From a virus (taxonomy: Duplodnaviria; Caudoviricetes), in IMG/VR virus record IMGVR_UViG_3300032287_000883, positions 1,564-65,563 of that record: DNA of 64,000 nt, one strand, 5' to 3'. Shown here one piece after another: positions 9,865 to 19,349 of this stretch (its first letter is position 1; every line of letters starts with the position of its first letter). The position numbers were made by a program, and so were the translations under genes. The notes under the pieces are model-generated. The model made no database searches and was not told the DNA's origin. It was given only the letters and a program-made list of their open reading frames with translations.

Positions 9865-10287
9865 CTATGTGATTGTCACACTACCCACCACGGGTTTTGA
9901 CGTTAAATAGTTGGGTGTCAATCCCGCATCGTTTGCACTTGCTCCGCCAACCGGATTCCAGCCCCATTGAAACACCCTACTACCACCTTCAGGGTAACCA
10001 GTTTCATTTATTGATGTACCGGTATTATTGGATGTTTGTAAGCCACTTTGCCCAGACTGGTAATAACTTAAATCTTTACGAGGTTCCCGAACAGCTTGTG
10101 GATCATTAACTGGATACAAACCCAAAGATAATTGCGGCTGATCCGGTTCCCAACAATTCTTACAAACTTTAATCGATACCTGTTTGGTTTTAATCGTCAG
10201 TTTGCGTAATTCTTTCAACATGTAGCGAAAACCACAGCGGTCGCACTCCGCAATACTATTCTTACCAGATGCGTACTTACTTCCCAT
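9865..10287 (-). CDS. Zn-ribbon protein
   Basis: CDRCG...CKNC, PDQPQL, DPQAVREPR. Confidence 0.7.
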   Translation of the reverse strand: MGSKYASGKNSIAECDRCGFRYMLKELRKLTIKTKQVSIKVCKNCWEPDQPQLSLGLYPVNDPQAVREPRKDLSYYQSGQSGLQTSNNTGTSINETGYPEGGSRVFQWGWNPVGGASANDAGLTPNYLTSKPVVGSVTIT

Positions 10288-10290
10288 ACA

Positions 10291-11034
10291 TCACCTGTAA
10301 AACAACGTACGGGGCACAAAACGATCCGGTGCCTTTTCGCGATCCTCCGCAGATGCAAAATCCCAAGCCTCGTCGTATTGCGCCTTCAATATAGCCATAC
10401 GAGTAGGATCAACCCCTGACAACTTTATGGATAGCATATACGCGAGTCCGGCAACCAGAGCGTTTTGGAAACGGAACGGAATTCCTTCAACGTTCACACC
10501 TGTACCAGCATCTACTATACGGCGCATACGCCAGTACACAAAATAATAGTAAGGGGTTTGTACTGTTCCCTGATCTGGTGAAGGCCACACATTAATCTGT
10601 GGATATTGCGGGGTTGCACCAGCCAAATCTGTAGTCTGCCCAGAACGACGATTTACCCATACTTGAATAGGTCGTCCCTGAGTTAATTTGTTTGGAATGG
10701 TAGAGTAAGTTGAAACGCTAATTCGACTAATGTTTATATCGTTCTGATTAGCAGTTTCTCCGGGATAAGTACGAATAACATGCTCAAGAAGGTCCACGGT
10801 ATCATTAGGTAGATCATAAGTAATTGTCCCTTGCACTAGTGGAATTTGACCTTGTTCAATAGTCCAAAGGTTAATCCCACGGTTTGCCCACTCAGTAATT
10901 AAAAAGTTCAAACTTCTGCGTGCTGTACGGAAATCATAGCCAGAACGTAACTCGCGCCCACAACGCTCAAACGCCTCCTCCATCAACTCATTAAGAGTCG
11001 GATTAAACGCTGTTGTGCTTGTGGTTACCGCCAT
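10291..11034 (-). CDS. Head-to-tail connector/adaptor protein
   Basis: EEAFERCG..ARRSLN....W.NRG.NLW..IP.RF..ALVAGLAY; position after head genes. Confidence 0.65.
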   Translation of the reverse strand: MAVTTSTTAFNPTLNELMEEAFERCGRELRSGYDFRTARRSLNFLITEWANRGINLWTIEQGQIPLVQGTITYDLPNDTVDLLEHVIRTYPGETANQNDINISRISVSTYSTIPNKLTQGRPIQVWVNRRSGQTTDLAGATPQYPQINVWPSPDQGTVQTPYYYFVYWRMRRIVDAGTGVNVEGIPFRFQNALVAGLAYMLSIKLSGVDPTRMAILKAQYDEAWDFASAEDREKAPDRFVPRTLFYR

Positions 11035-11288
11035 TACTTCCTCGCCATTCTCATGTTATCGACCAAGTTTGGGTAAGGTCTACCTGCAGCTTTTGCAGCA
11101 GACTTTGCCGCTGACTTCTTAGCAGAGCTTAACTTCTTTGGTTTACCTAACTTCTTTGGACGTGGCTTATCCCATACCTCACCACCCTTTGCATACTGAG
11201 TGAAGTCAGTATCATCCCGACGAGCTTTATTTTTCCCGTCGGGCATTTTGGACGGGCTAATATCTCCCATACCGCGTGACGCCATCAT
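11034..11288 (-). CDS. Small Lys-rich protein
   Basis: YAKGG motif; AGRPYPNLVDNM. Confidence 0.7.
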   Translation of the reverse strand: MMASRGMGDISPSKMPDGKNKARRDDTDFTQYAKGGEVWDKPRPKKLGKPKKLSSAKKSAAKSAAKAAGRPYPNLVDNMRMARK

Positions 11289-11725
11289 TAGCAATACCCG
11301 CCTTTGCTCATCTTCTTGTTGCCAGCCATGACAACCATTTTGCCTTTGGTTTTGCCTTTAGTAGCAACACCATCACGGCTAGGAGCCGCAGTCTTAACAG
11401 CGCCCATTGAGGTCATGCCGCCATTAGCCATCTTTTTCATAGGCTTGTCGCCCGCTTTTTTCTTCATCATTGCCATAAAACCTGCATTCTTTTTCATTGC
11501 CATGCCTCCTTTTTTCATACCCATAGAATCTGAAATTGCTTCTTTCTTCTTTTCATCAAGTTCTTCTGACTGTGTTTTTTTCTTTAATGATATTGGCATG
11601 GTAGTTCCTTTAGGTTTAGTAAACTCTTTACCCACACTCTGCGGCACACCGGCCTTCTTAGCAAACGCAGGGTTGTGGGCTACCGCCTGCATAAACCGTT
11701 CTTGCTTTTTAGATACAGTAGGCAT
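11288..11725 (-). CDS. Lys/Met-rich small protein with repeated M-x-x-GG motifs
   Basis: MPTVSKKQERFMQAVAHNPAFAKKAGVPQSVGKEF; MKKGG, MANGG, MSKGG. Confidence 0.75.
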   Translation of the reverse strand: MPTVSKKQERFMQAVAHNPAFAKKAGVPQSVGKEFTKPKGTTMPISLKKKTQSEELDEKKKEAISDSMGMKKGGMAMKKNAGFMAMMKKKAGDKPMKKMANGGMTSMGAVKTAAPSRDGVATKGKTKGKMVVMAGNKKMSKGGYC

Positions 11726-11726
11726 A

Positions 11727-11915
11727 TTAGACCTTTATGATCCAACCTTTGCCCATGACAAACCCAACCGCCAAAATACCAATAACAATTAGAAATTTGT
11801 CCACGACAGTTTTGCCTACCTTTTTATAAAACTCAGAAGATAGTTCTTCTAGCGCAATCTTTGCCGCTTCTTTGGCGATTAGTCTTTCGCGATCTGTTAG
11901 TTCAATATCAGACAT
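11727..11915 (-). CDS. Small membrane protein
   Basis: C-terminal hydrophobic helix FLIVIGILAVGFVMG. Confidence 0.65.
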   Translation of the reverse strand: MSDIELTDRERLIAKEAAKIALEELSSEFYKKVGKTVVDKFLIVIGILAVGFVMGKGWIIKV

Positions 11916-11917
11916 GA

Positions 11918-12172
11918 TTAACACTTCCACGCTCTCAATGATTTATTAATACGGCTATTCGGATCGTTCGCGGTTTTGGGTGAAGTGAGCTTCTTTTTCA
12001 TCCCTTTCATACGCGCACAGAAGGAGTCCCGTCTTGAACCGCCTTCCGGTTGGGGGGCTTTTAACCCCGGCTTCCCCGGATTGGCTTTGTTGTAAGAGGC
12101 TCGGCCTTTGGCGTTTAGACCGCCCTTCTCGGACTTTCCTTCTTTCCTCTGCCATGCTGGGGTCTTAGCCAT
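11918..12172 (-). CDS. Small basic phage protein (DUF6321-like)
   Basis: AWQRKEGK..GGLNAKGRASY..RRDSFCARMKG..SRINKSLRAWKC. Confidence 0.75.
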   Translation of the reverse strand: MAKTPAWQRKEGKSEKGGLNAKGRASYNKANPGKPGLKAPQPEGGSRRDSFCARMKGMKKKLTSPKTANDPNSRINKSLRAWKC

Positions 12173-12446
12173 AAAACACCGTTACTTTTGCCGATGCTGG
12201 TAGCGTTACATGTACATCCGTTGTAAACAAAATACCTTCACCGGGGATTGGCAAACCAATAGGTTGTGTACCGGTTCCAATATTAAAGCGCAGTCGAATA
12301 GTGCCAGAAGCACCACCATCCCGAAAAATAATGTCCCCGGCTGTTCCGCCAGAAATGCATTGATAGCCTTTTAAGCGAGTGCGCTCAGACACTATAGTGC
12401 CTGTAGCCTCTATATGTGCCGATTTAACGTCATATTGCATCGCCAT
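12165..12446 (-). CDS. Small beta-rich virion protein
   Basis: MQYDVKS..IPGEGILF..VTVFYG. Confidence 0.7.
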   Translation of the reverse strand: MAMQYDVKSAHIEATGTIVSERTRLKGYQCISGGTAGDIIFRDGGASGTIRLRFNIGTGTQPIGLPIPGEGILFTTDVHVTLPASAKVTVFYG

Positions 12447-12459
12447 GATGCCTCCCTAA

Positions 12460-12963
12460 TTAGTTTTGAGTCGAAGTAGGGTTAGCGTTGCCGTTAGAGT
12501 CACGAACAATGTATTCAACCGTAACAGTAATCGTGCCAGCAGTAGCATCAGCCGTAGCTGCGGTAAAGGTGCCGTAAACAAGCGCATCAGTTGTACCGAT
12601 GCTGTCGTAAAGACCTGAAGTAGCTGCTGCGATGGTAGCTGGAGAAGTTTGAACTGCCGAAGTACCGGTGTTAACCGAAGCCATGTACAAGTTAGCTGTA
12701 CCGCTGCTACCGATAGTAACGCCGCAGTTAGTCGCGCCGGTCAAAGCTACGTTAACTTCAAGACCAAAACGAACGATCTTAGCGCCAGCAGGGAGCACAA
12801 ACATCAGTTGCGCTGTAGGGCTTGCCAAAATGGCAGAAGTGGGGGCTGTGTAGGTCTGGGCAACGATAGTTGCGCCCATATTACGAATGGTACCGGCAGT
12901 AGTGCCAGTGGTGTTCTTAACGGTGCCCAAGAGCCAAGGGCCAAGGTGAGTAGCGAAACCCAT
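12460..12963 (-). CDS. Virion structural protein (possible head decoration)
   Basis: Thr/Ala-rich, LPAGAKI motif, first gene after the capsid gene. Confidence 0.7.
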   Translation of the reverse strand: MGFATHLGPWLLGTVKNTTGTTAGTIRNMGATIVAQTYTAPTSAILASPTAQLMFVLPAGAKIVRFGLEVNVALTGATNCGVTIGSSGTANLYMASVNTGTSAVQTSPATIAAATSGLYDSIGTTDALVYGTFTAATADATAGTITVTVEYIVRDSNGNANPTSTQN

Positions 12964-12975
12964 AATAAATTGTCC

Positions 12976-13045
12976 TCACATGCGAGTTAAGTGCGTCGAT
13001 TTGCATGTAACAGGCCGGGAGCCATTCAACGCACCGGTTTCCCGG
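12976..13045 (-). ncRNA. Candidate structured RNA: two hairpins with 10-bp loop-loop complementarity
   Basis: P1 CCGGGA/UCCCGG; P2 UUACAUGC/GCAUGUGA; loops GGUGCGUUGA and UCGACGCACU are complementary. Confidence 0.65.
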
Positions 13046-13072
13046 AATACTGCTTTTATAGCATATAAAACT

Positions 13073-13102
13073 AAAAAAGGGGAGCGTAAGCCCCCCCTTT
13101 TT
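13073..13102 (-). terminator. Rho-independent terminator after the major capsid gene
   Basis: Minus strand AAAAAGGGGGGGC-TTAC-GCTCCCC-TTTTTT. Confidence 0.8.
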
Positions 13103-13103
13103 A

Positions 13104-14012
13104 TTAAGCGCCCTGCGAGCCGTACATGCCCAATGGGTCAGACCAACCAAACGAATAACGCTCACGAGACTTGTAACGTACGTTACCAGTATCAAAATCG
13201 CCGTCCATTGATTGAGCCAAAGGCGAACGAATAAAGTGCTTCATGCCGTTTGGAACGTCAGTGGTCAGGAACCATGCGTTTGTATCGGTCAAGAAGTGGT
13301 TAATCGTATAGCCTTCAGGGATCGAACCATTGTTCTTCAATGCGTTGATGTCGTTATCGTTAGTGCCGACGCGGAGTTCGGTTTCTAACAAACGAGTTGC
13401 AACGAACTGGAGAGGTGGTGGAACAATCAGCTTACGTGGTTTAGCAGCGATCAACAGGCCACGTTCATCCGTCCAAGCAGCAATCTGAATAACAGCGTTT
13501 TCCAACGATGTTTCATTCAAATCAGTAGGAGTTGAAGGGATGTTGCTGTTGGTACCACCGTTTACTAGAGGATGCGAAGCTGAGAACAAAGCCACACCAT
13601 CACCACCGGGGTAGGATGCTGAGAAGCCATTGTTGATAACAGAAGCAGCTTTAACTTGTTTTGTATACGCCATAGCACGAGCCAAGCCTTTGGTATAACG
13701 AGCCGACAAAGAGTCGTACAAGTTATCTTCGATTGCCTCTTCTGTTAAGGAGAAGCCCAAAGCAATGGTTTCGTGGTTGTAGCGAGCAGTCCAAGTTTCC
13801 TGCGCGTTGTCATAAGCAATTGCGCTACCCTCGTTTTTAACAGGGGCGGCACTAAAGCCAGACAGCTTGGTTTCCTCTTCGAACGAACGCTCGGAAGTCT
13901 CTGTTTCATAGATTTCTTTGTGCTCTTCGCCGTAACGAGCATACTCCAAACCGAACAAAGCGTTCAGGCCGGGGAGCAGTTCTTTCAATAGTTGTGCGCG
14001 TGAAATAGCCAT
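13104..14012 (-). CDS. Major capsid protein
   Basis: MAISRAQLLKEL.PGLNALFG.EY; LGFS.TEEA.EDNLY; C-terminal RYK.RERYSFGWSDP; followed by a terminator. Confidence 0.9.
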   Translation of the reverse strand: MAISRAQLLKELLPGLNALFGLEYARYGEEHKEIYETETSERSFEEETKLSGFSAAPVKNEGSAIAYDNAQETWTARYNHETIALGFSLTEEAIEDNLYDSLSARYTKGLARAMAYTKQVKAASVINNGFSASYPGGDGVALFSASHPLVNGGTNSNIPSTPTDLNETSLENAVIQIAAWTDERGLLIAAKPRKLIVPPPLQFVATRLLETELRVGTNDNDINALKNNGSIPEGYTINHFLTDTNAWFLTTDVPNGMKHFIRSPLAQSMDGDFDTGNVRYKSRERYSFGWSDPLGMYGSQGA

Positions 14013-14022
14013 GTCTTACTCC

Positions 14023-14850
14023 TTAAGCACCAGTGGCAGAATAGTAGCCATGCAGACTTTGGTTCAACTTAACCAAAACTTCTGGGTACTGGGTGAATAC
14101 GATTGTTGAGCTTGCAACAAATGCGGTTGCAGGAGGCTGATTCAACACAACAGAAGTTGCGCCAGCAGCCGCCGCTGTATCAACAAATGAACCTGAAGCA
14201 ATGATCTGACCATTAGCTGCAATTGAAGCAACGTCTGTTCCGACAGGAAGTGCGAAAGGCAACGCTGAAACAGTGATTGTGTTGGTAGAGATACTTGCGT
14301 ATGTTGCACTACCTAAACTAACAGCGGTATCAGGAACAACGCCAATTACACGTAGTGGCAGAGTTGTGGTTACTGGGGTGTCAACAGGAGCCAAAACAGC
14401 ATTTGCTGAATTGCCAGTGTTAGTGTTACCAGTGTTGTTAATAGCGCTGACGTTGCAACCAACGATTGCATTTGAGGCAGAGGCCACAACCGTGCCAGAA
14501 GAACAAACAACAGCTTTAAACACTGCGTCTGGATCATCTGATACGTACGCTTCACAGTCACCAGCCAAAGTGCCGCCGGGCCAGTATTGAGCGAACTGCT
14601 TTTGCTTAGTTACTGGGTTGGTGTATGTGCAGCCCAAGAAAATACCAACGGTTTGGTTCAGAGTTGTGCCAGTAGTTACTGAAGCACGCTCTAAACGACC
14701 ACGAGATAGAACAACAAAATCGCCATAGAAAATGTCGGTTGCATAACCGTAAATGATGGGGTACATGCGGGTAGAACCTGCAAATACTTGACCACCAATC
14801 AAATTCACTGGCTGTAGGCCGTAAGGGGCCGATACGACAGGATAAGCCAT
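14023..14850 (-). CDS. Capsid-associated (cement/decoration) protein
   Basis: APYGL.PV, IF.GD.V, GIFLGC.YT.P, V.DDPD..F; lies directly before the MCP. Confidence 0.65.
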   Translation of the reverse strand: MAYPVVSAPYGLQPVNLIGGQVFAGSTRMYPIIYGYATDIFYGDFVVLSRGRLERASVTTGTTLNQTVGIFLGCTYTNPVTKQKQFAQYWPGGTLAGDCEAYVSDDPDAVFKAVVCSSGTVVASASNAIVGCNVSAINNTGNTNTGNSANAVLAPVDTPVTTTLPLRVIGVVPDTAVSLGSATYASISTNTITVSALPFALPVGTDVASIAANGQIIASGSFVDTAAAAGATSVVLNQPPATAFVASSTIVFTQYPEVLVKLNQSLHGYYSATGA

Positions 14851-14869
14851 AATTTGCTCCAAAAATTAG

Positions 14870-15319
14870 TTATTTACCTTTACCAAAGGATGTCGAAGAT
14901 TTTCGCTCATTAAAGAGTGGCATCCTCGGATCGTTTTGTCGCATAAGGTTGTTATCTACAGACTCAATCTGCCCTTCGGACTGCTTCTGGTAGTACGAAT
15001 TACGCTGTGATACCAATTCCTCTGGGGACTTACAGAGTAACAACCCACCAACCTCGATGTTGTCCTTAAAGCGACTATTCGGGTCGATTAACAGTTGAAA
15101 TTTTGGCTGTTCTTCAATCCTGACTGGCTCCCATCCCTCTCGCAATTTGGCGGAAAGGTTACGTGGGTCAGCGTTGTTCAGGGTTGAAACACGAATCCAT
15201 CTGTACGCGAAACCGGGTTGCTTGTCTGGTTCAGGGAGAAGCTCAGGTGGTGTCCACTGCTTAGGACGTTCCTGCACGGCACGAGTTTGTAGTTCACGAC
15301 TAAGTTTGTTTTCAGCCAT
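14870..15319 (-). CDS. Conserved head-module protein
   Basis: W.PP.LLP.P, YRWIR, REGWEPV, GGLLLCK. Confidence 0.7.
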   Translation of the reverse strand: MAENKLSRELQTRAVQERPKQWTPPELLPEPDKQPGFAYRWIRVSTLNNADPRNLSAKLREGWEPVRIEEQPKFQLLIDPNSRFKDNIEVGGLLLCKSPEELVSQRNSYYQKQSEGQIESVDNNLMRQNDPRMPLFNERKSSTSFGKGK

Positions 15320-16268
15320 TGTTGGCCTCCATTTTCATAAGTTCACGGGCGTACTGTTCTGGGCTAAGTCCCAGACGTTTAGCGATGCTCAACTGCGATT
15401 GCTTAAGCACGATTTTTTTGGAACCAGTGCTACGGGTCGCAGGAGCGACTACCGTGGATGGTCTATCTGTGCGTCCAGCAGGTTTATTTCCCGCTTCAGA
15501 CGTTTTATCTTGGAAGTAGTCCGGGAAGCGTTGACGCATGGTGCCATCAATCTTCTGCCAATACTCGTCGGTGGACGTGTAGGTTTGACCGTGCTGTTTG
15601 ACTAGTTTTTGGTGTAGACCAAGTGCTAGACTAGTCATCTCCTCGTCTTGACCGAACCATGTATTGCGCTCTTGCCACGCAACAGCCCGTGGGTCAGGAC
15701 GAGCCACTTGGGCTTCTGACTGGGGTTGTACCTCATTTTCGTTATATTGTAAAGAGGGAACGAATTCTTTTGCTTTCTGCAATTTATAGTTTGCATCGTT
15801 CAACTTGCGTTGCGCTTCTAGCAATCTTTCAGAATCACCATCTTCGTACGCAGATTTATATGCCTTTTCAGCAACATTTAACTCCAGTTCGGCGGCACTC
15901 TTATATGTATCTAGGTAAGTGCGCTCACCTTCGCTGAGTCTAGTTTTGAGATTCTTGTTTTCTTCTAAGATTCTCTTGGCAAGGTCTTCCGCAGCTTGAC
16001 GCTCTCGTAGGGCTTGGTCTTTCTCCCGACGCTCGTCATGCCATACCTTCTTCATTTGCTTTAGACGAGTTTTAACTTTCTCGGAGTAATCCTCCAACTC
16101 GTCTTGGTCTAGTTCTTGAACTATCTCCTTGGGGAGGGGTTCACGATTACGATCTTCTGGTGGGGTATCGTCCTCGATTTCAAAATCAAAGTCGTCTTTA
16201 GCTGCTTCCGCTTTCCCACCTGATTTAAGTTCTTGCTCATCAGGGAATTCAAACTCTTTCATTTCCAT
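15312..16268 (-). CDS. Capsid scaffolding protein
   Basis: Acidic N-terminus, coiled coil, W..RN.WFG, C-terminal AKRLGLSPEQYA; between portal and MCP. Confidence 0.7.
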   Translation of the reverse strand: MEMKEFEFPDEQELKSGGKAEAAKDDFDFEIEDDTPPEDRNREPLPKEIVQELDQDELEDYSEKVKTRLKQMKKVWHDERREKDQALRERQAAEDLAKRILEENKNLKTRLSEGERTYLDTYKSAAELELNVAEKAYKSAYEDGDSERLLEAQRKLNDANYKLQKAKEFVPSLQYNENEVQPQSEAQVARPDPRAVAWQERNTWFGQDEEMTSLALGLHQKLVKQHGQTYTSTDEYWQKIDGTMRQRFPDYFQDKTSEAGNKPAGRTDRPSTVVAPATRSTGSKKIVLKQSQLSIAKRLGLSPEQYARELMKMEANNG

Positions 16269-16277
16269 ACCACCTCC

Positions 16278-16670
16278 TTATGCGCGGCTAATGCCACGAG
16301 GGTCTTGGACAACTGCGTCAACAGTGTCTTCGTTAATTATGCGAAACTCTTTACCGTGGATTTTTAAACGCGATCCACTATTAGGACGAGTAACAATAAA
16401 GTCCCCCGGCTTACACCACGGGCCAGTTGGATATCGTTCCTTGTCTGTATAGCAGTCGGGACCTAACGCCACGACAAAAAATACCGTTGCTAACACTTCT
16501 TCATAGTGCATAGTAGAACCGGCTTTTGCTAAACCGTTTTCGTACTTGTCATCAATTTCAGGAATAGCAACCAGAATTTTGTACCCACTAGGTGCAGGTA
16601 GTTGTCTGGCTTTTTCTTCCGCTGTTTGTGGTACTTCACCGTCTTCCGTTGCGATTACTATGTCAGTCAT
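16278..16670 (-). CDS. Co-chaperonin GroES-like protein
   Basis: P.GYKILV..VVALGPD..CKPGDFIV..G..FRIINED.V.AVV matches the Cpn10 pattern; likely start MTDIV. Confidence 0.75.
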   Translation of the reverse strand: MTDIVIATEDGEVPQTAEEKARQLPAPSGYKILVAIPEIDDKYENGLAKAGSTMHYEEVLATVFFVVALGPDCYTDKERYPTGPWCKPGDFIVTRPNSGSRLKIHGKEFRIINEDTVDAVVQDPRGISRA

Positions 16671-16860
16671 CGTCGTTGCGCTCCATTTGGTCTGCAAGGT
16701 CTAATATGAAACCTTCTGCGATGGATAGACCCCGAATCTCCCCGCATATTGCACGATACTCTGTGTAATCCTTTGCAGTGCCGTCACTCACAGCGTGAGC
16801 TAACTGCGCCTGTTTTTCATTAATTCTGTCTCTAATAATTGTCAGAGTTTTGTCCATCAT
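16663..16860 (-). CDS. Small head-module protein
   Basis: DY.EYR.ICGEIRGL; coupled to the portal gene. Confidence 0.7.
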   Translation of the reverse strand: MMDKTLTIIRDRINEKQAQLAHAVSDGTAKDYTEYRAICGEIRGLSIAEGFILDLADQMERNDDD

Positions 16861-19340
16861 TTACCTTTTGTCGGTTTTTCTGGCTGTGGTTTGTTAGCTT
16901 GCTCACGTTGATACTGCATTTGGTCACGTTCTTTTGCAGTTTGTGCACCTATACGAATACCTTCTAGGCGTTGTTTAGCGTCCAATTCCGCTTTGTCTTT
17001 GGCTGTTTTAGCGCCCAACTGTGCGCCAGCAATTTCTTTCTGCGATGCGATGCGCTCTCTTTCAACTTCGATTTGCTTAACTTTAGTAACGGCATCCACT
17101 GAAAGTTTCTGCTTCTTAAGGTCAAGCTCACCCTGTTTAATCTCCAATTCTTTCTGTTGCATCTGAACAATCGGGTCTTGGGCCGTTTGTTGTGCTTGTT
17201 GTTGCGCAGCTTCAGTTTGATTTTTCTGCAGTAACTTAGCCGCTGCCATAGCCATCATGCTAGCGATTTGGTTCTCTACATCTTGTGGGATAGTTTCATC
17301 ATCTTTGTTTTGTGGCAGTGGTACACCAACCATCTCTTCGATTTGCTTGCGATACTCAAACGCAACGTGCTCGTTTATATGCGCCAGCATTGCAGCCATC
17401 AGTTGCTGTGCTTGAGGGTTTTGCCCAATAATTGCCGCAATCTTTGGGTCTTGCATCGCAAACATATGCACTTGGATATGCGCTTGGTGATCCTGATACG
17501 CAAACGCTTTGACTGGTTTCATGTTCAACACAGCCATGTTCTCTGCTACAGGGTCTTTCGGTTTCTGATCTTCGGCGCTTGGTATTAGCTTGCCGATGTT
17601 CTTAATACCTAAGACTTCCAACATCTGACGGTTCAACTCAACCATGTCGTAGATTTGTGGCGATGCTTGCGCCATCTGCATCACAGCTTGGTACTGGACA
17701 ACTTTCTGCGACATAGTTGCCGCGTTAGGGTCTGATACTGGGATGACATCTACGTTTGCATAGTCTTGCTGGCGTGCGCGACGTGGGCCTTCTTCTGGCT
17801 CGTAGTTGTATTCCGTAGGAGCGTAAGCAGCGATGATGTTCTTTAAGAGTTTAAACTCTTGTTTCATCGCAAAGTGGATGCGTGCTTGTACTGCGCTCAT
17901 CACTTTTAACTGCCGCTCAAGTAGCGCCAGAGTTGTGCCTACTGGTGCTTGAGCAGACATATCGCTAACTTGTAAGTCAGCAGCAGAAGCAAAGCGCCTT
18001 CCCTCGTCTACTATCTGATCCATCAAGCCTTTTAATACTTGGCTCGGTTCCTTGTATGGTAGGGGGAGTATGTTATCTCGTATGGTGCCAGACGCTACAT
18101 CGACATCTCGCCACTCTCCCGGAGAGATAGGCGTGTCATCACCCTTAGTGCGCATGCCTTTGGTTTTTAAACCACCGGGTAGATTAGATAGCGTACCTGC
18201 GTCTACAAGTTGGCGAAGGATAGAAGTACCACTCTTAGCGTATGCACCGATTAAGTGGATCAAGCCAAAGTAGTAGAAACCAAAGCCGGGGATATAGCCA
18301 TAGTGCACAAAGTGAGTACGCTTCTGATATGTCTTATCGTCAGGTTCCCAATTACGGCGAATAGCCAGAATATTTTTAGTGCCCTTCTCTATAGTGACGA
18401 TATAAGGAAGCGCGATACCATCCTCATGCTCGTAACCCGGCAGGTCTAACTCAACCTGCATCTCCAAGAGCTTGAAGCGATCATCTGCAGTAGCACGAAA
18501 GCCCATCTTCTCGGCTATCTTTTTCTCTACATCATCTAGTGCATTAACTGGATCGCCCAAGTCAATGTCACGATAGAAGCCTGCAACCATCAACTTCTTC
18601 AGGTCGTTCTCAGATTTACGCATCACATGAGTAACGCGTTCTGCGGTCTGCAAATCTTCAGAGCCATACGGAACAATAACGTCCTCGGCTGGCACAAAGA
18701 TAGATGCTTGACGTTCTCTATTTGGATCGTAGTACACCTTCTTGAACGCATTACCTGAAAGTCCCAAGCCCCACAACATACGCTCATGCTCACTACGATA
18801 TTCAGTCATCACTTCCGTGAGCTGATAGTTCATATCAGCTTGGACTCGTTCAGCCGCTTCTTTCTTTTTTGGAGTTTCTTTGCCAATGATTTGCGTTTTA
18901 ACCGGACCAGAAGCCGGGAAAGTCGCCATGATTGTTTCGGATTGGAATTTAACCAGTGCTTCAGATAACAACGGATGGTATACGCCACAAGCACCCTCCC
19001 ACGGTTCGCTACGTTCTTCGAGCTTCATGCCTAACAACTCAAGACCGTCCACGTACGTTTGCATCCAGTCTTTGCGACTAGCTACGTCATCATCATAATC
19101 AGAGAGAAGCTCGGCGGCTAAACCCTGCAATGCATCTTCACTGATCTCTTCAGCAAGGTTATCGTTAAACTCATCATCTTCTTCTTTGCCCGGCTCTATC
19201 TCAATCTCAAGATCGCCCGTGCGCATGGTTACGCTTTCTGGGTCTTCAATCTCAATCTCTAACTCCGGTTCTGCTCCACCCTGCATACCCATAGGGTCTA
19301 AGCCCATCGGAGCTTGGTTTAGTGCTTTATCAATAGCCAT
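16857..19340 (-). CDS. Portal protein
   Basis: 827 aa after terL; GNAFKKVYYD, GFY.FGLIHLIG, LRQLVDAGTLSNLP; Gln-rich coiled-coil C-terminus. Confidence 0.9.
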   Translation of the reverse strand: MAIDKALNQAPMGLDPMGMQGGAEPELEIEIEDPESVTMRTGDLEIEIEPGKEEDDEFNDNLAEEISEDALQGLAAELLSDYDDDVASRKDWMQTYVDGLELLGMKLEERSEPWEGACGVYHPLLSEALVKFQSETIMATFPASGPVKTQIIGKETPKKKEAAERVQADMNYQLTEVMTEYRSEHERMLWGLGLSGNAFKKVYYDPNRERQASIFVPAEDVIVPYGSEDLQTAERVTHVMRKSENDLKKLMVAGFYRDIDLGDPVNALDDVEKKIAEKMGFRATADDRFKLLEMQVELDLPGYEHEDGIALPYIVTIEKGTKNILAIRRNWEPDDKTYQKRTHFVHYGYIPGFGFYYFGLIHLIGAYAKSGTSILRQLVDAGTLSNLPGGLKTKGMRTKGDDTPISPGEWRDVDVASGTIRDNILPLPYKEPSQVLKGLMDQIVDEGRRFASAADLQVSDMSAQAPVGTTLALLERQLKVMSAVQARIHFAMKQEFKLLKNIIAAYAPTEYNYEPEEGPRRARQQDYANVDVIPVSDPNAATMSQKVVQYQAVMQMAQASPQIYDMVELNRQMLEVLGIKNIGKLIPSAEDQKPKDPVAENMAVLNMKPVKAFAYQDHQAHIQVHMFAMQDPKIAAIIGQNPQAQQLMAAMLAHINEHVAFEYRKQIEEMVGVPLPQNKDDETIPQDVENQIASMMAMAAAKLLQKNQTEAAQQQAQQTAQDPIVQMQQKELEIKQGELDLKKQKLSVDAVTKVKQIEVERERIASQKEIAGAQLGAKTAKDKAELDAKQRLEGIRIGAQTAKERDQMQYQREQANKPQPEKPTKGK

Positions 19341-19349
19341 GATTTATCC

